Part shown: positions 46,764 to 56,335 of the stretch, piece by piece
Layout: each line of letters opens with the position of its first letter
Position numbering within the stretch: the stretch's first letter is position 1
Sequence record: LR756508.1
Strand: one strand, 5' to 3'
DNA length: 64,000 nt
Position numbers and translations under genes: made by a program
The notes under the pieces: generated by a model
Seen by the model: only the letters and a program-made list of their open reading frames with translations
Databases searched by the model: none
What the model was told of the DNA's origin: nothing

Positions 46764-49700
46764 ATGGGTAAAATATTTGAAGACATTGATGACTTAGCGG
46801 AAGAAGGTGGGAAGTATGACATCCCTGAATCGAGTCCGCGTCAGCACGAGGCAGGTGAAAACGTTCAACCTGACCATAACCAGCCATATCAACACCAAGA
46901 GCAGGCTAGTCAAACGCCACAAGAGTCTCCAACATTTCAGCACGAAAAAAAGCAGGAAAGCCAGGTTCCTGAAAGCGCTGAACCCATCGAAAATTTTCCA
47001 GATCCCGAGGACCTGCAGTTACCAGACGCTCCAAATGAAGCAGAAAGGCCATCTAACCAGGAAAATAAAAATAAAGAAAAGATAGAACCATTTGACCATT
47101 TGAGTAGAGAAGAGAACGTCCCTGATAATGCTGAAAGATTTGATCACACGTCTGTGGCAGATCAAGGCGAGATAGAAAAAACGGAGCCCTATTCACACGT
47201 CCAGGATAAAAGTCTACAGCCTGATCAAGACCAGGAGTTTCAACATGAGGCGAGGTCTAATAGACCCGACTCAACTTCTTCGTATACTCACTCTGCCGAT
47301 GAAAGTCTTACGCCATCTGAAGATTCGCCATTTCAGCATGAAGATAAAAATCGGTTAAACGTTCCCGGTGAAGCTGAGACGAAAAGTCATAACTTTGATG
47401 ATAATTTAGAGCCAAGTGAAAACAACCCATTTTCGCACATTGAAGAAGAAAGTCGCGTTCCGAGCGAAAACCAGCCATTTGATCATACCGACGAGAAAAC
47501 TGATGTTCCCGAGCGCGATGAGCCGTTTCTTCACGAAAATAATGAAGAATTAAAGCCGGGTGGAGATGAAGCGTTTGATCATACTGGCGATGAAAAAGAA
47601 ATTCCGCCAAGTGATGAAACTTTCGATCACACTACTGGAAAAAGTGAAGTTCCGGCCCAAAATGAAACGTTTGATCAGCAGAGTGCAAATGAGCTAAACG
47701 TTCCCGAAGAAACTGAGACTTTTGATCATTCTGATGATGAAACTGATGTTTCAACGAGAAGTCAGGCTTTAAATCAGAGGGAAGTAAATGAAACAGAAGT
47801 GCCAGAAGAAGACGAGACCTTTGACCATACTGCCGAAGAAAGTGATATTCCGAGTGAAGATGAAGTCTTGAACCAGCAGAATGTAAATGAATTGGAGATT
47901 CCAAATGAAGATGATGTATTGAATCAGAAGGGTGCGAATGAGTCTGAGGTTCCAGGGGGCGACGAAGAATTTGAACATACTTCCCAAGAAAGTAGCGTTC
48001 CAACCGAGGATGAAGCGTTTGAACACGAAGCTAAAGAAGAAACCGTTCCAAGTGAAGAAGATGCCTATGACCATACAACTGGCAGGAGTGAAATACCTGG
48101 TGAGAGCGTGGAGTTTGATCATACTTCCGAAGCGAGCAACGTTCCTGAAAAAGATGAAGCTTACGAACACGAGGCAGAGTCAGAAATAGTTCCTGAAGAA
48201 GAGGAAGAGTTTGAACATCGCGAAGAAAATCAGTCAGAATTCCCTGCACTAAACGAAACTTTCCAGCACGAAGCTGATAGAGAATTGCAACCTGAAGGTG
48301 ATGAGGCTATCAGTCAAAGAGAACAAAATGAGTCTGAGGTTCCTGAAAAAAACGCAACCTTTGAACATGAGGAAAAGAATGAGTTGAGTGAGGTAACTGG
48401 AGGTCAAACATTTGAGCACAAATCAGATGAAGAAATAGTTCCTAGTGATGACGAAATTTTTGATCACGAGGCAGATCAAAATCTGCGGCCCGAAGATGAG
48501 GAAAGTTTTGCCCATGTAGAAGAAAATGAGCCTCAAACTCCTGTAGGCGGGACCGCTTTTGAGCATGAAGAGAGAAATGAACTGGAGGAAGTAGAAGACG
48601 ATGAAAGATACCAACATCAAGCTGATGAAGATTTGAGGCCAGAAGACGAAGAGACCTTCAGTCACAAAGAACAAAATGAGTCGGAAGTTCCAGATGAGGA
48701 TGCTTCTTTTGATCACGAAGAAGGAAATGAGGTAGAAGAAGTGCCAGAAGATGAGACATTTCAACATACAGAATCTAATGATTTGGAAGTACCTGGAAGT
48801 GATGATGTCTTCCCACAGCAAGAAAATAATGAGAGTCAGGTTCCTGATGAAGATCAACCCTTTCAACATATTGAAAGAAACGAGTCGGAAGTTCCCGGTA
48901 CAGGTGAGTTGATTGATCACGAAAGTGAGAACGATATAGAAGAAATAAAAGAAGACGAAGTTTTTTTGCAGAGGAACAGTAACGAGAGCCAAGTGCCAGA
49001 TGAAGACGAAGTGTTTTCTGCTGAGGAAGAAAATGAGTCTTCGGTTCCAGGTGAAGATGAGGTTTTTTCACAAACAGATAATAATGAGAGCCAAGTGCCA
49101 GATGAAGACGAAGTGTTTTCTGCTGAGGAAGAAAATGAGTCTACAGTGCCTGGAGAAGATGAGGTGCTCGATGCCACGGAGGAAAATGAGTCCATTATCC
49201 CTGAAGAGGCAGGAATATTTTCCACACAGGAAGAAAACGAGTCTTTAGTTCCTGAAGAAGATGAAGTGTTTTCTGCCCAGGAAGAAAATCGTTCAAAAGT
49301 GCCAGAAGAAAGTGAAGCATTTGCTACGGAAGAAGAAAATGAATCTGAAATTCCAGAGGAAGATGAAAGTTATGATCATGCAGAAGATAGGGACATACGG
49401 GAACCAGAAGAAGAGGTACCTGGACACGAGAGAGCGATAGAACTTAATAGAGAGGGATTAGTATTTGATAAAACTGCAAGTGGTGAGCAGATGAAACCAT
49501 TTGGGTTCGATGCTCCTGCTTCACAGGCGCAGACTGACACCACGGACTTTCTTCAAAAAAATGCAGCTATTCGGACCGAGCAGTTTGATAGGTTATTTAA
49601 CATTGTTGATAATCCACCTTATATATTAATTAGGCCAGACTCCGATAGAGCTGATCAAAAATCTGGAGACAGCAGGGCATTCCCGAGAGGAGCTGCCATG

Positions 49701-51503
49701 CAAGACCAGCAGCGTTTAGCTGAATTTTTCTCTTCGCCGAAAGGAATTACGTTTTTAGCTAAACAGCAGGCGCTGCAGTACATGAATCCGAGAAAACGCA
49801 CGAGATTTTTAGATCCTACCTCACTGCAAGCTTCCGCACTTCCTGGAGTTCACAGGACAAGGCATGTAGATGCTTCAGAGTCGACACTTAGCACACTGAT
49901 AAGTCAAGCTGGTTTTGGATTTATTAAAAGCTCGAAATATAGCGATGAGATCGAGGACTCTACAACTGGAATCGTCTCGGATGAAGATGCAGGACGAGGA
50001 GATGGTTATCTTGTTTATCAAATCCCGAACTTAGATCAGCTTCAGCAGGATAGTGGAGAGTCTTTTGCTCAAAACGTCTCTAATATTATAGCTACGAGAA
50101 TTGAAAACGTGAGTTACAGGTATGATTCGAGTGATAGGATGGGCGCTCAACTTGAAAGAATAAAAGACGCTGCCCTCTCGCGACTTGGAATAGGTGGCGG
50201 TGACGTGGGTGGAAGATTTAAATATTTTCTCGGTACAAACCCAAACGACGGATTTTACACAAGAGATGGCGTTAGCCTAAAAAGAACGGGGAGAAGAGAG
50301 TTTTTGGACTATAACATGACAAACCCTTATGTTGAAAATACGGCTACTTTAAATTATCCAGTTGGGGGCGAAAGAATTACTCCTGAGTTTAGTTACGGCG
50401 ATGCATTTGAAAAGTTATCCCAAGAGCAGACGAGAAATCCCACAGGATTTTCTGGCCTCAGTGCTGGATTGGGTCCGCAGTTGAGCGGAGAACTGCGACA
50501 AAAGTTGGATGGCGCAAGCGAGGACATTCGGTCCTCAAAAAACGTCGCTAGAGCTTGGAATGCCGCAGATAATAATCCCGCGATAGCAGAATATGAGAAT
50601 CTTCCAAAACAGGCTGACCATCCAACAATAGGGACCGACGAGCCTGTGGGAGGAATGAGGACAAATGACGATGGCGACGAAGAATTTTTTCAAAATGAGC
50701 TTGAAGAAGAAACTCAGTTGAGTGAAAAAGATCACGGAAAAAAAGTGTTCTTATCAAGAGGAATTCCCTCCGGGCAGAACCAAAAAAGTTATGGAATGCC
50801 GAATTATGGAATTGAAGGGAAGAATGCAGATCTTATCGATGAGCTTCCTGTTATTGACTTGTCAGACGGTAACAATGAGTTGGCCAACACGTCGGGAGAT
50901 GATGGTTCTAAATTGAGTGATGTTTATAAAGACGACGAGTCCTCGGAAGAATATGAAGACCTGGTCCCAATGAAGCTGGTTGATAAAGAAAATGAAAAAC
51001 TTGTCGTTTTTCGGTCCTTTATTAATAGCATTCAAATGAATACTAGTGTAAGTTGGGACTCACAGAGGTATCTTGGAAGACCGGAGCTATTTCACATTTA
51101 TACAGGAGCTGACAGGGAGCTTACAATTGACTTCGAGGTTCATCCTTTTTCCCATGACGGACTGGTGGCCCAGTATGAAAAAATAAATTACCTTCAAGGC
51201 ATGGTTTATCCTTCAAAGTTCCAATTTCTTGGATCTGAGCAGGGAGGAAATACTGGAGCTTACATGGTTCCTCCATTCATGGAGATTACAGTAGGAGACT
51301 TGTATAGAAGAGTACCAGGATTTATCTCTGCTCTTAACATCACGCCCGAAGCCGACTCCACTTGGAGCTTGGTAAAAGGGGAAAAGCTCCCTGAGCATAT
51401 TGAGGTAAACGTAAGCTATACGATTATTGAAGAAGGGTTGCCAGTTACTGGACAAAAGTTTATTGACTCGGAAGCTATTGAGGCTCAAAATCCACAGATA
51501 TAA
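46764..51503 (+). CDS. Baseplate tube-initiator-like protein (gp48/gp54/CIS-tube-like C-terminus) with a very long acidic repeat N-terminus
   Basis: C-terminal VFRSFI..WDSQRYLGRPE..YTGADRELTIDF..PPFMEITVGDLYRRVPGFISALNIT..LPEHIEVNVSYTII; lies between the tape measure and LysM genes. Confidence 0.72.
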   Translation: MGKIFEDIDDLAEEGGKYDIPESSPRQHEAGENVQPDHNQPYQHQEQASQTPQESPTFQHEKKQESQVPESAEPIENFPDPEDLQLPDAPNEAERPSNQENKNKEKIEPFDHLSREENVPDNAERFDHTSVADQGEIEKTEPYSHVQDKSLQPDQDQEFQHEARSNRPDSTSSYTHSADESLTPSEDSPFQHEDKNRLNVPGEAETKSHNFDDNLEPSENNPFSHIEEESRVPSENQPFDHTDEKTDVPERDEPFLHENNEELKPGGDEAFDHTGDEKEIPPSDETFDHTTGKSEVPAQNETFDQQSANELNVPEETETFDHSDDETDVSTRSQALNQREVNETEVPEEDETFDHTAEESDIPSEDEVLNQQNVNELEIPNEDDVLNQKGANESEVPGGDEEFEHTSQESSVPTEDEAFEHEAKEETVPSEEDAYDHTTGRSEIPGESVEFDHTSEASNVPEKDEAYEHEAESEIVPEEEEEFEHREENQSEFPALNETFQHEADRELQPEGDEAISQREQNESEVPEKNATFEHEEKNELSEVTGGQTFEHKSDEEIVPSDDEIFDHEADQNLRPEDEESFAHVEENEPQTPVGGTAFEHEERNELEEVEDDERYQHQADEDLRPEDEETFSHKEQNESEVPDEDASFDHEEGNEVEEVPEDETFQHTESNDLEVPGSDDVFPQQENNESQVPDEDQPFQHIERNESEVPGTGELIDHESENDIEEIKEDEVFLQRNSNESQVPDEDEVFSAEEENESSVPGEDEVFSQTDNNESQVPDEDEVFSAEEENESTVPGEDEVLDATEENESIIPEEAGIFSTQEENESLVPEEDEVFSAQEENRSKVPEESEAFATEEENESEIPEEDESYDHAEDRDIREPEEEVPGHERAIELNREGLVFDKTASGEQMKPFGFDAPASQAQTDTTDFLQKNAAIRTEQFDRLFNIVDNPPYILIRPDSDRADQKSGDSRAFPRGAAMQDQQRLAEFFSSPKGITFLAKQQALQYMNPRKRTRFLDPTSLQASALPGVHRTRHVDASESTLSTLISQAGFGFIKSSKYSDEIEDSTTGIVSDEDAGRGDGYLVYQIPNLDQLQQDSGESFAQNVSNIIATRIENVSYRYDSSDRMGAQLERIKDAALSRLGIGGGDVGGRFKYFLGTNPNDGFYTRDGVSLKRTGRREFLDYNMTNPYVENTATLNYPVGGERITPEFSYGDAFEKLSQEQTRNPTGFSGLSAGLGPQLSGELRQKLDGASEDIRSSKNVARAWNAADNNPAIAEYENLPKQADHPTIGTDEPVGGMRTNDDGDEEFFQNELEEETQLSEKDHGKKVFLSRGIPSGQNQKSYGMPNYGIEGKNADLIDELPVIDLSDGNNELANTSGDDGSKLSDVYKDDESSEEYEDLVPMKLVDKENEKLVVFRSFINSIQMNTSVSWDSQRYLGRPELFHIYTGADRELTIDFEVHPFSHDGLVAQYEKINYLQGMVYPSKFQFLGSEQGGNTGAYMVPPFMEITVGDLYRRVPGFISALNITPEADSTWSLVKGEKLPEHIEVNVSYTIIEEGLPVTGQKFIDSEAIEAQNPQI
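46857..49403 (+). repeat. About 50 coding repeats of 14-18 aa, consensus VPxEDExF[DES][HQ]xxxNExx
   Basis: Counted by hand in the translation; includes an exact 57-nt duplication (48984-49040 = 49086-49142). Confidence 0.85.
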
Positions 51504-51513
51504 TTAAAAAAAC

Positions 51514-51822
51514 ATGGCAGAAAGATACAGGTATACTGATCCTAAAAAAGATGAAGATGGAAATAGAGTTTATAAGACGACTCTTTATCCAGATTTAAAC
51601 TCGAAAAATACTGATGATATATTTGTCGAGACTGAAACTGGAAGGCGGCTCGACAGATTAGCCGAGGAGTATTATAACGATCCAAAAGAATGGTGGGTTA
51701 TCGCCGAGGCAAATGACATAGGAAGAGGAAGCATGTATGTTGAGGCCGGGACCAGACTTCGAATTCCAACGAACCTTTCAAACGTGTATAACCAGCTTAG
51801 ACAGAAAAATACGGACAGGTAA
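51514..51822 (+). CDS. LysM/gp53-like baseplate protein
   Basis: RRLDRLAEEYYNDPKEWWVIAEAN..GTRLRIP. Confidence 0.85.
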   Translation: MAERYRYTDPKKDEDGNRVYKTTLYPDLNSKNTDDIFVETETGRRLDRLAEEYYNDPKEWWVIAEANDIGRGSMYVEAGTRLRIPTNLSNVYNQLRQKNTDR

Positions 51823-53987
51823 TGGCCGGATACTCTGATATTTATCGCACTATTCCTGGATGGGTTCAAGGCGAGCTTGACCGTAGAGCCAGTAGAGACT
51901 ACGTCCAGCAAACGAGAAGCGCCTGGGTACGGGCTACCTCTGGATTTGAAAATTCTAATGGAGAAAGAAAAATCCTCATGGGAGGTGATATTTCAAAAAA
52001 TAACGCACTCCAGTTTGGATTTTCTGAGCTATATGATGCTCCCAACGCCATACCACCGAAGAGGCCAGTTCCTGGAATAACGAGTATCGATATTACTGAG
52101 TCAAAACGAACGGCGGAAGGGACGATTAAATGGAAAGCGTGGTCATTGGACCAGTTGGAAGAGTTGCAGCCATTTTTTATGAATCCAGCTACCACAATGT
52201 TTATCGAGATTGGTTGGTCGGACATGGACCCATCTGTGGTCGTTGATCCTCTTGACACAGACACGATAGCACAGTTTTATAAAGGATTAGCGGAAGGTCC
52301 TGAAGGAAGCGATGAAACAAATAACAGAAATTACAAGGACCACCCACGGTTTTCCAGAATGAGGGATGGGAATGGGATGTACTTTATTTTTCCTGCAAAA
52401 ATCAGCGATTTTTCTTTTAATATGAATAATCAAGGCGGTTTTGATTGTTCAACTTCAGTTATCGCATTAGCTGAGGCGATGTATAAACTTTCGGTCGCAG
52501 CTAATAATTACCCGAGAGTTCATGCGCCAGACAAGAAAAACTCAAAAACAATATTAGAACGAATCCGAGATGATTTAGAGTTCGAAAACCCTGACGCTTC
52601 TGAGGCCAGGTCTACTGGATCGTCAAGATCGGGACAACGGGGCCTACGTCCAGGACCGCAGGGATCAGGCAGTGGAGGTGGGCAGGAGGAAATTACGGGG
52701 GGTAGCCCAGATACTCCGAAAGTACATGGAGGAGAAAATTATCCATCAAGCAGAAGACTTGGGCCAAATCATTATTATTCCTGGGCGCAGATTGAGAAAG
52801 TTTTTAATCAAGCTTTTCAACTTGCAAAAGATGGGGATGTAAATTCTGTGAGCTCTACCTGGAGAATTCATTCGGGAGATACCGAGGTTGCTTATTTCCG
52901 AGATGAGATTGGGTTAAAGAGCAGAGACTTGGATGTTTGTGTCGTCAATGCAGGAGAAGGAACTGGACAGTTGCCTCCAAAGTTTGATAAGCCAGAAAAT
53001 GCAGATGGCGCGAAGTTGGAGATGACGGACGGAAGGGCTGGCTGGCTTTATCATTTATATGTCTCTACGAAGTTATTTAAACAAGCCTTAAAAGTAAACA
53101 ATAAATACTACGAGGCCCTTAAGCACATGCTCGAAGAGTGCTCAAAAGCTTGTTATGGGATCTGGGATTTTGAGTTGACTGTCGAAAGAGAGCACAACTC
53201 AATGCAGGTTATAGATAGAAATCATTTATTTGCCAGAACTGCTAAAAAAGTAAGAGAAAACGATAGCAATTTTTATACATTCCAGGTGTTTAGTGAAAAC
53301 TCTCAAGTAAGAGACTTTACGCTATCGAGCGATCTTACCGATAAGTTCGTAAGTATTTTTGCTGCAAAAAACTTGAACGTACCGGATAAAAACAAACCCA
53401 TCGTCAACTCTCGTTCTGACGTTGAAGGGCAGTTTTTTCAGCGGTTTCAGGGAAGCGATAAGATCTGGCAAGGACTCAGAAAAATACAAGAAGCAAAAAG
53501 CGAAGAGCATACTTCAGTATTTGACGAGGTTAAAAGAGAGCAGAACGAAAAGAAGCTGGGGCTTTCTAATGCCCACTATGCTCCTTTAAATGTTCCAAAA
53601 GAAACGGAGCTTTCGCAGCTAAAAGATAAAAGAAAAGAAGAAAAAGCGGATTGGGGGGATGCCAGTTTTGATTCAATTTTTCCGGACGCCTGGGAGATTC
53701 TCGAAATCGAAAGGGATATAAATGCCGATCAGGACGAAGGGAGCGCTATTAATGCGAATGCACTAATAAATGTTGACGTAAGTGTTACTCTTAATGGCAT
53801 AGCGGGACTCCGAAGATATCAAGTTTTCAAAGTGGCTCACGTTCCAGAGTTCTATAGGGTTCATGGGTTTTTTGTTATTACTTCGGTTCGCCATTCAGTT
53901 CAAAATGACGATTGGGTTACAGAGGTAAAGGGTAAGTTTTACGTAGGAAACATGCTTAAGTTGAACATTGAAAACCCCGATGGTTAA
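51822..53987 (+). CDS. Baseplate hub protein (gp27/VgrG-like)
   Basis: PVPGITSIDI, IKWKAWSLDQLEEL..F..P..EIGW, C-terminal GIAG..F.V..V.H.V..W.T.V.G. Confidence 0.7.
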   Translation: MAGYSDIYRTIPGWVQGELDRRASRDYVQQTRSAWVRATSGFENSNGERKILMGGDISKNNALQFGFSELYDAPNAIPPKRPVPGITSIDITESKRTAEGTIKWKAWSLDQLEELQPFFMNPATTMFIEIGWSDMDPSVVVDPLDTDTIAQFYKGLAEGPEGSDETNNRNYKDHPRFSRMRDGNGMYFIFPAKISDFSFNMNNQGGFDCSTSVIALAEAMYKLSVAANNYPRVHAPDKKNSKTILERIRDDLEFENPDASEARSTGSSRSGQRGLRPGPQGSGSGGGQEEITGGSPDTPKVHGGENYPSSRRLGPNHYYSWAQIEKVFNQAFQLAKDGDVNSVSSTWRIHSGDTEVAYFRDEIGLKSRDLDVCVVNAGEGTGQLPPKFDKPENADGAKLEMTDGRAGWLYHLYVSTKLFKQALKVNNKYYEALKHMLEECSKACYGIWDFELTVEREHNSMQVIDRNHLFARTAKKVRENDSNFYTFQVFSENSQVRDFTLSSDLTDKFVSIFAAKNLNVPDKNKPIVNSRSDVEGQFFQRFQGSDKIWQGLRKIQEAKSEEHTSVFDEVKREQNEKKLGLSNAHYAPLNVPKETELSQLKDKRKEEKADWGDASFDSIFPDAWEILEIERDINADQDEGSAINANALINVDVSVTLNGIAGLRRYQVFKVAHVPEFYRVHGFFVITSVRHSVQNDDWVTEVKGKFYVGNMLKLNIENPDG

Positions 53988-54495
53988 AAAAGTGGCTTTA
54001 TCAAAGACTCAAAAGTTTAAACTGGCTTTTAACTTCACCGTTTCTAACACTCAAACGGCGGTTATCGAGGATTACTATGGAAATGTAGAAAATTATGGGA
54101 TTAACACTGGAGTTTTTGAAAACTTAGAAAACGTCATTAATTTTGAGTCTCTGTCAGAGGGAAAAGCAAAAGACCTCCATACAAAACTCGTCTGGGAAAA
54201 GTATAACCTCTATGAAATAAATGATGTTGAGGTCATGATTAAAGTTTATGACTTGTTTTTTACTTATGGAAGTGAAGTCGTTACTGATCTTGTAAGAGAC
54301 ATTCTTTTTGATTTAGCCAGGCCAACTCCAGAGTTTGGACAGGGTACATTTGGAAGAAAAGAGATAAAGTTGATAAACGACTTATTTGATCAAGGAAAAA
54401 TAGAGACGTTTTTGTCTCGTCTAATTCGAGATGCGAAAACCCGAACAACGAAAGTAGGAACTAAAAAAAGAATAGAAAAACTACCTACACTTTAA
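53980..54495 (+). CDS. Hypothetical protein
   Basis: ATG at 53980 overlaps the hub stop codon. Confidence 0.55.
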   Translation: MVKKVALSKTQKFKLAFNFTVSNTQTAVIEDYYGNVENYGINTGVFENLENVINFESLSEGKAKDLHTKLVWEKYNLYEINDVEVMIKVYDLFFTYGSEVVTDLVRDILFDLARPTPEFGQGTFGRKEIKLINDLFDQGKIETFLSRLIRDAKTRTTKVGTKKRIEKLPTL

Positions 54496-54498
54496 CCG

Positions 54499-54906
54499 AT
54501 GTTTTCTGACTATGTAACATCTAAAGGATCTACAAAAAGTGAGCATGGCCCAGAAGACCCCGAGCTGTTTACGCCTAAACCCACCGAATACGACTACGAG
54601 AGGGGGTATATCACTCGCTATTTTGCCCAGAAGAAGCGAGGAACAAAAAAAATCACCGAAATTAGCGAAAATCAGTTCGAGACTCACAAACTTAGTTATC
54701 GCGGCCTGAACAACAAACTTTATGAGGTATTCTCAATAGAGTGGGAAATCGCAGGGCCAGAAAATGATATCTATAAGGGAAAGGTGCCAGTTACTACAGG
54801 AGTGAAAACCACAAACTTAAATCTTTTAAAACTTGAAGAAGAGGAGCATCCTGGTATCATGAAGTATCTTGATGATCCTTTAGAGTTTTGGGAGGGAAAA
54901 ATGTAA
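54499..54906 (+). CDS. Hypothetical protein (baseplate-associated by position)
   Basis: PKPTEYDYERGYITRYFAQK; 135 aa. Confidence 0.6.
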   Translation: MFSDYVTSKGSTKSEHGPEDPELFTPKPTEYDYERGYITRYFAQKKRGTKKITEISENQFETHKLSYRGLNNKLYEVFSIEWEIAGPENDIYKGKVPVTTGVKTTNLNLLKLEEEEHPGIMKYLDDPLEFWEGKM

Positions 54907-54918
54907 ATAAATCAAAAA

Positions 54919-56277
54919 ATGGTTACAATTGTTGAGAGTGAAAAGGAACTGGAGGAGGTTGTAGGTCTACTAAGCAAGTCTCCTAAAAAACCAGTTCTAA
55001 TCCCATATTGGAACGACGGTAATAAGCACGTAAAAGAAGACTCGCTTCTTGCTTTAGTCATATCTTTTTCGCATGAGTCGTCCTTTTTCCTGCCTGTAAG
55101 GCATTCAGAGGTAAATTATACATTTGATGAATTTGAGGTTTTAGAAAAGACCAGCTTCTACTCTATTCGAAAAAAAGAGATTTTACAGGAGGAAAGACTT
55201 CAAGGCTTAGATCTTGATCTTACGGACATCGACCTCATGAAGTGGTTTCACTCTAATGATAAATTGGAAGCTGACTTTTTACCTCTCTATTTTAAAACAT
55301 TTCCCAGGTCTGGTCCAGAAGTCAAAAACTGCCATATTCCTGTTTATCAGTTTTGCGAAAAGTTAGATAACACACTTCCTACGTTGAGAAAACGGATTAG
55401 TGAGTTTGAAAACGTTGAAAAGAGTTCAGCGTTTGAAGAATATAATAGCGTCGTAATTAGCGTGTTTTCTAATGTTGAATCAAATGGACTCGCCGTCCAA
55501 AATGATCTCTTTGAAAACACGTTTGAAGAAAAAATAGATAGAGAATTTGAGGATTTAGTATACACTGATTACGATTTGTATACCTCTACTGGCAGACCTT
55601 CGAACTCCTCGTATAATATTAATTTTGCTGCGTTAGATCCTTCGAAAAACCAGAAAGATCCGTTTGTTTCTCGCTTTGAGAACGGAATTCTTCTTCAGTG
55701 CGATTATGACGCTTTTCACTTGAGGCTGATTGGAAACTTAATAGGCTACGATCTTCCAAATGAAAGTTTTCATAGCTATTTAGGCAAGAAATATTTTGAT
55801 AAGAATACACTTACCGACGAAGAATACGAGGACTCGAAGAAAATTACATTTCAGTTTTTGTATGGAAAGGATATCGAAGAAGCAAGAAATGTAAAATATT
55901 TCGATAAAACATTTGATTTTCGAGATAAACTCTGGAATGCTTTTAAAACTGAAAACCAATTGATTACGCCTGTCTATAAAAGAAAAATTCCGAGTAAAAA
56001 TATACCAGAGGTAAATCCTGGAAAAGCATTTTCTTATCTTATTCAAAGTTTTGAGACGGAATTTAATGTAAAGGTGATGAGGGACTTAATTGATCTTTTG
56101 GAGGATTATAGAACTGAGCTTGTGCTATATACTTATGATGCGTTCTTATTTGACTTCTGCTTAGAAGATGGAAAGAATCTTATAAAGAAAATTAAAAACC
56201 AAATGGAAAGAAAAAACATGAAAGTGAAAGCATCAATTGGAAAGTCGTATGGAAAGATGGATGACCTTGGTTTTTGA
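54919..56277 (+). CDS. Compact family A DNA polymerase-like protein
   Basis: TSTGRPSN, motif A CDYDAFHLRL, motif B SKKITFQFLYG, motif C LYTYDAFLFD. Confidence 0.75.
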   Translation: MVTIVESEKELEEVVGLLSKSPKKPVLIPYWNDGNKHVKEDSLLALVISFSHESSFFLPVRHSEVNYTFDEFEVLEKTSFYSIRKKEILQEERLQGLDLDLTDIDLMKWFHSNDKLEADFLPLYFKTFPRSGPEVKNCHIPVYQFCEKLDNTLPTLRKRISEFENVEKSSAFEEYNSVVISVFSNVESNGLAVQNDLFENTFEEKIDREFEDLVYTDYDLYTSTGRPSNSSYNINFAALDPSKNQKDPFVSRFENGILLQCDYDAFHLRLIGNLIGYDLPNESFHSYLGKKYFDKNTLTDEEYEDSKKITFQFLYGKDIEEARNVKYFDKTFDFRDKLWNAFKTENQLITPVYKRKIPSKNIPEVNPGKAFSYLIQSFETEFNVKVMRDLIDLLEDYRTELVLYTYDAFLFDFCLEDGKNLIKKIKNQMERKNMKVKASIGKSYGKMDDLGF

Positions 56278-56335
56278 AGATGTTGAGTTTTTCTCCTGTA
56301 CATATCAGTGGTTTCAATAACAGATTTGATGGAAA

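Noticed and set aside
13740-54906. Tail genes as a bacterial extracellular contractile injection system
   Set aside because: Head-neck genes, a very long tape measure and an adjacent phage replication module indicate a phage genome.
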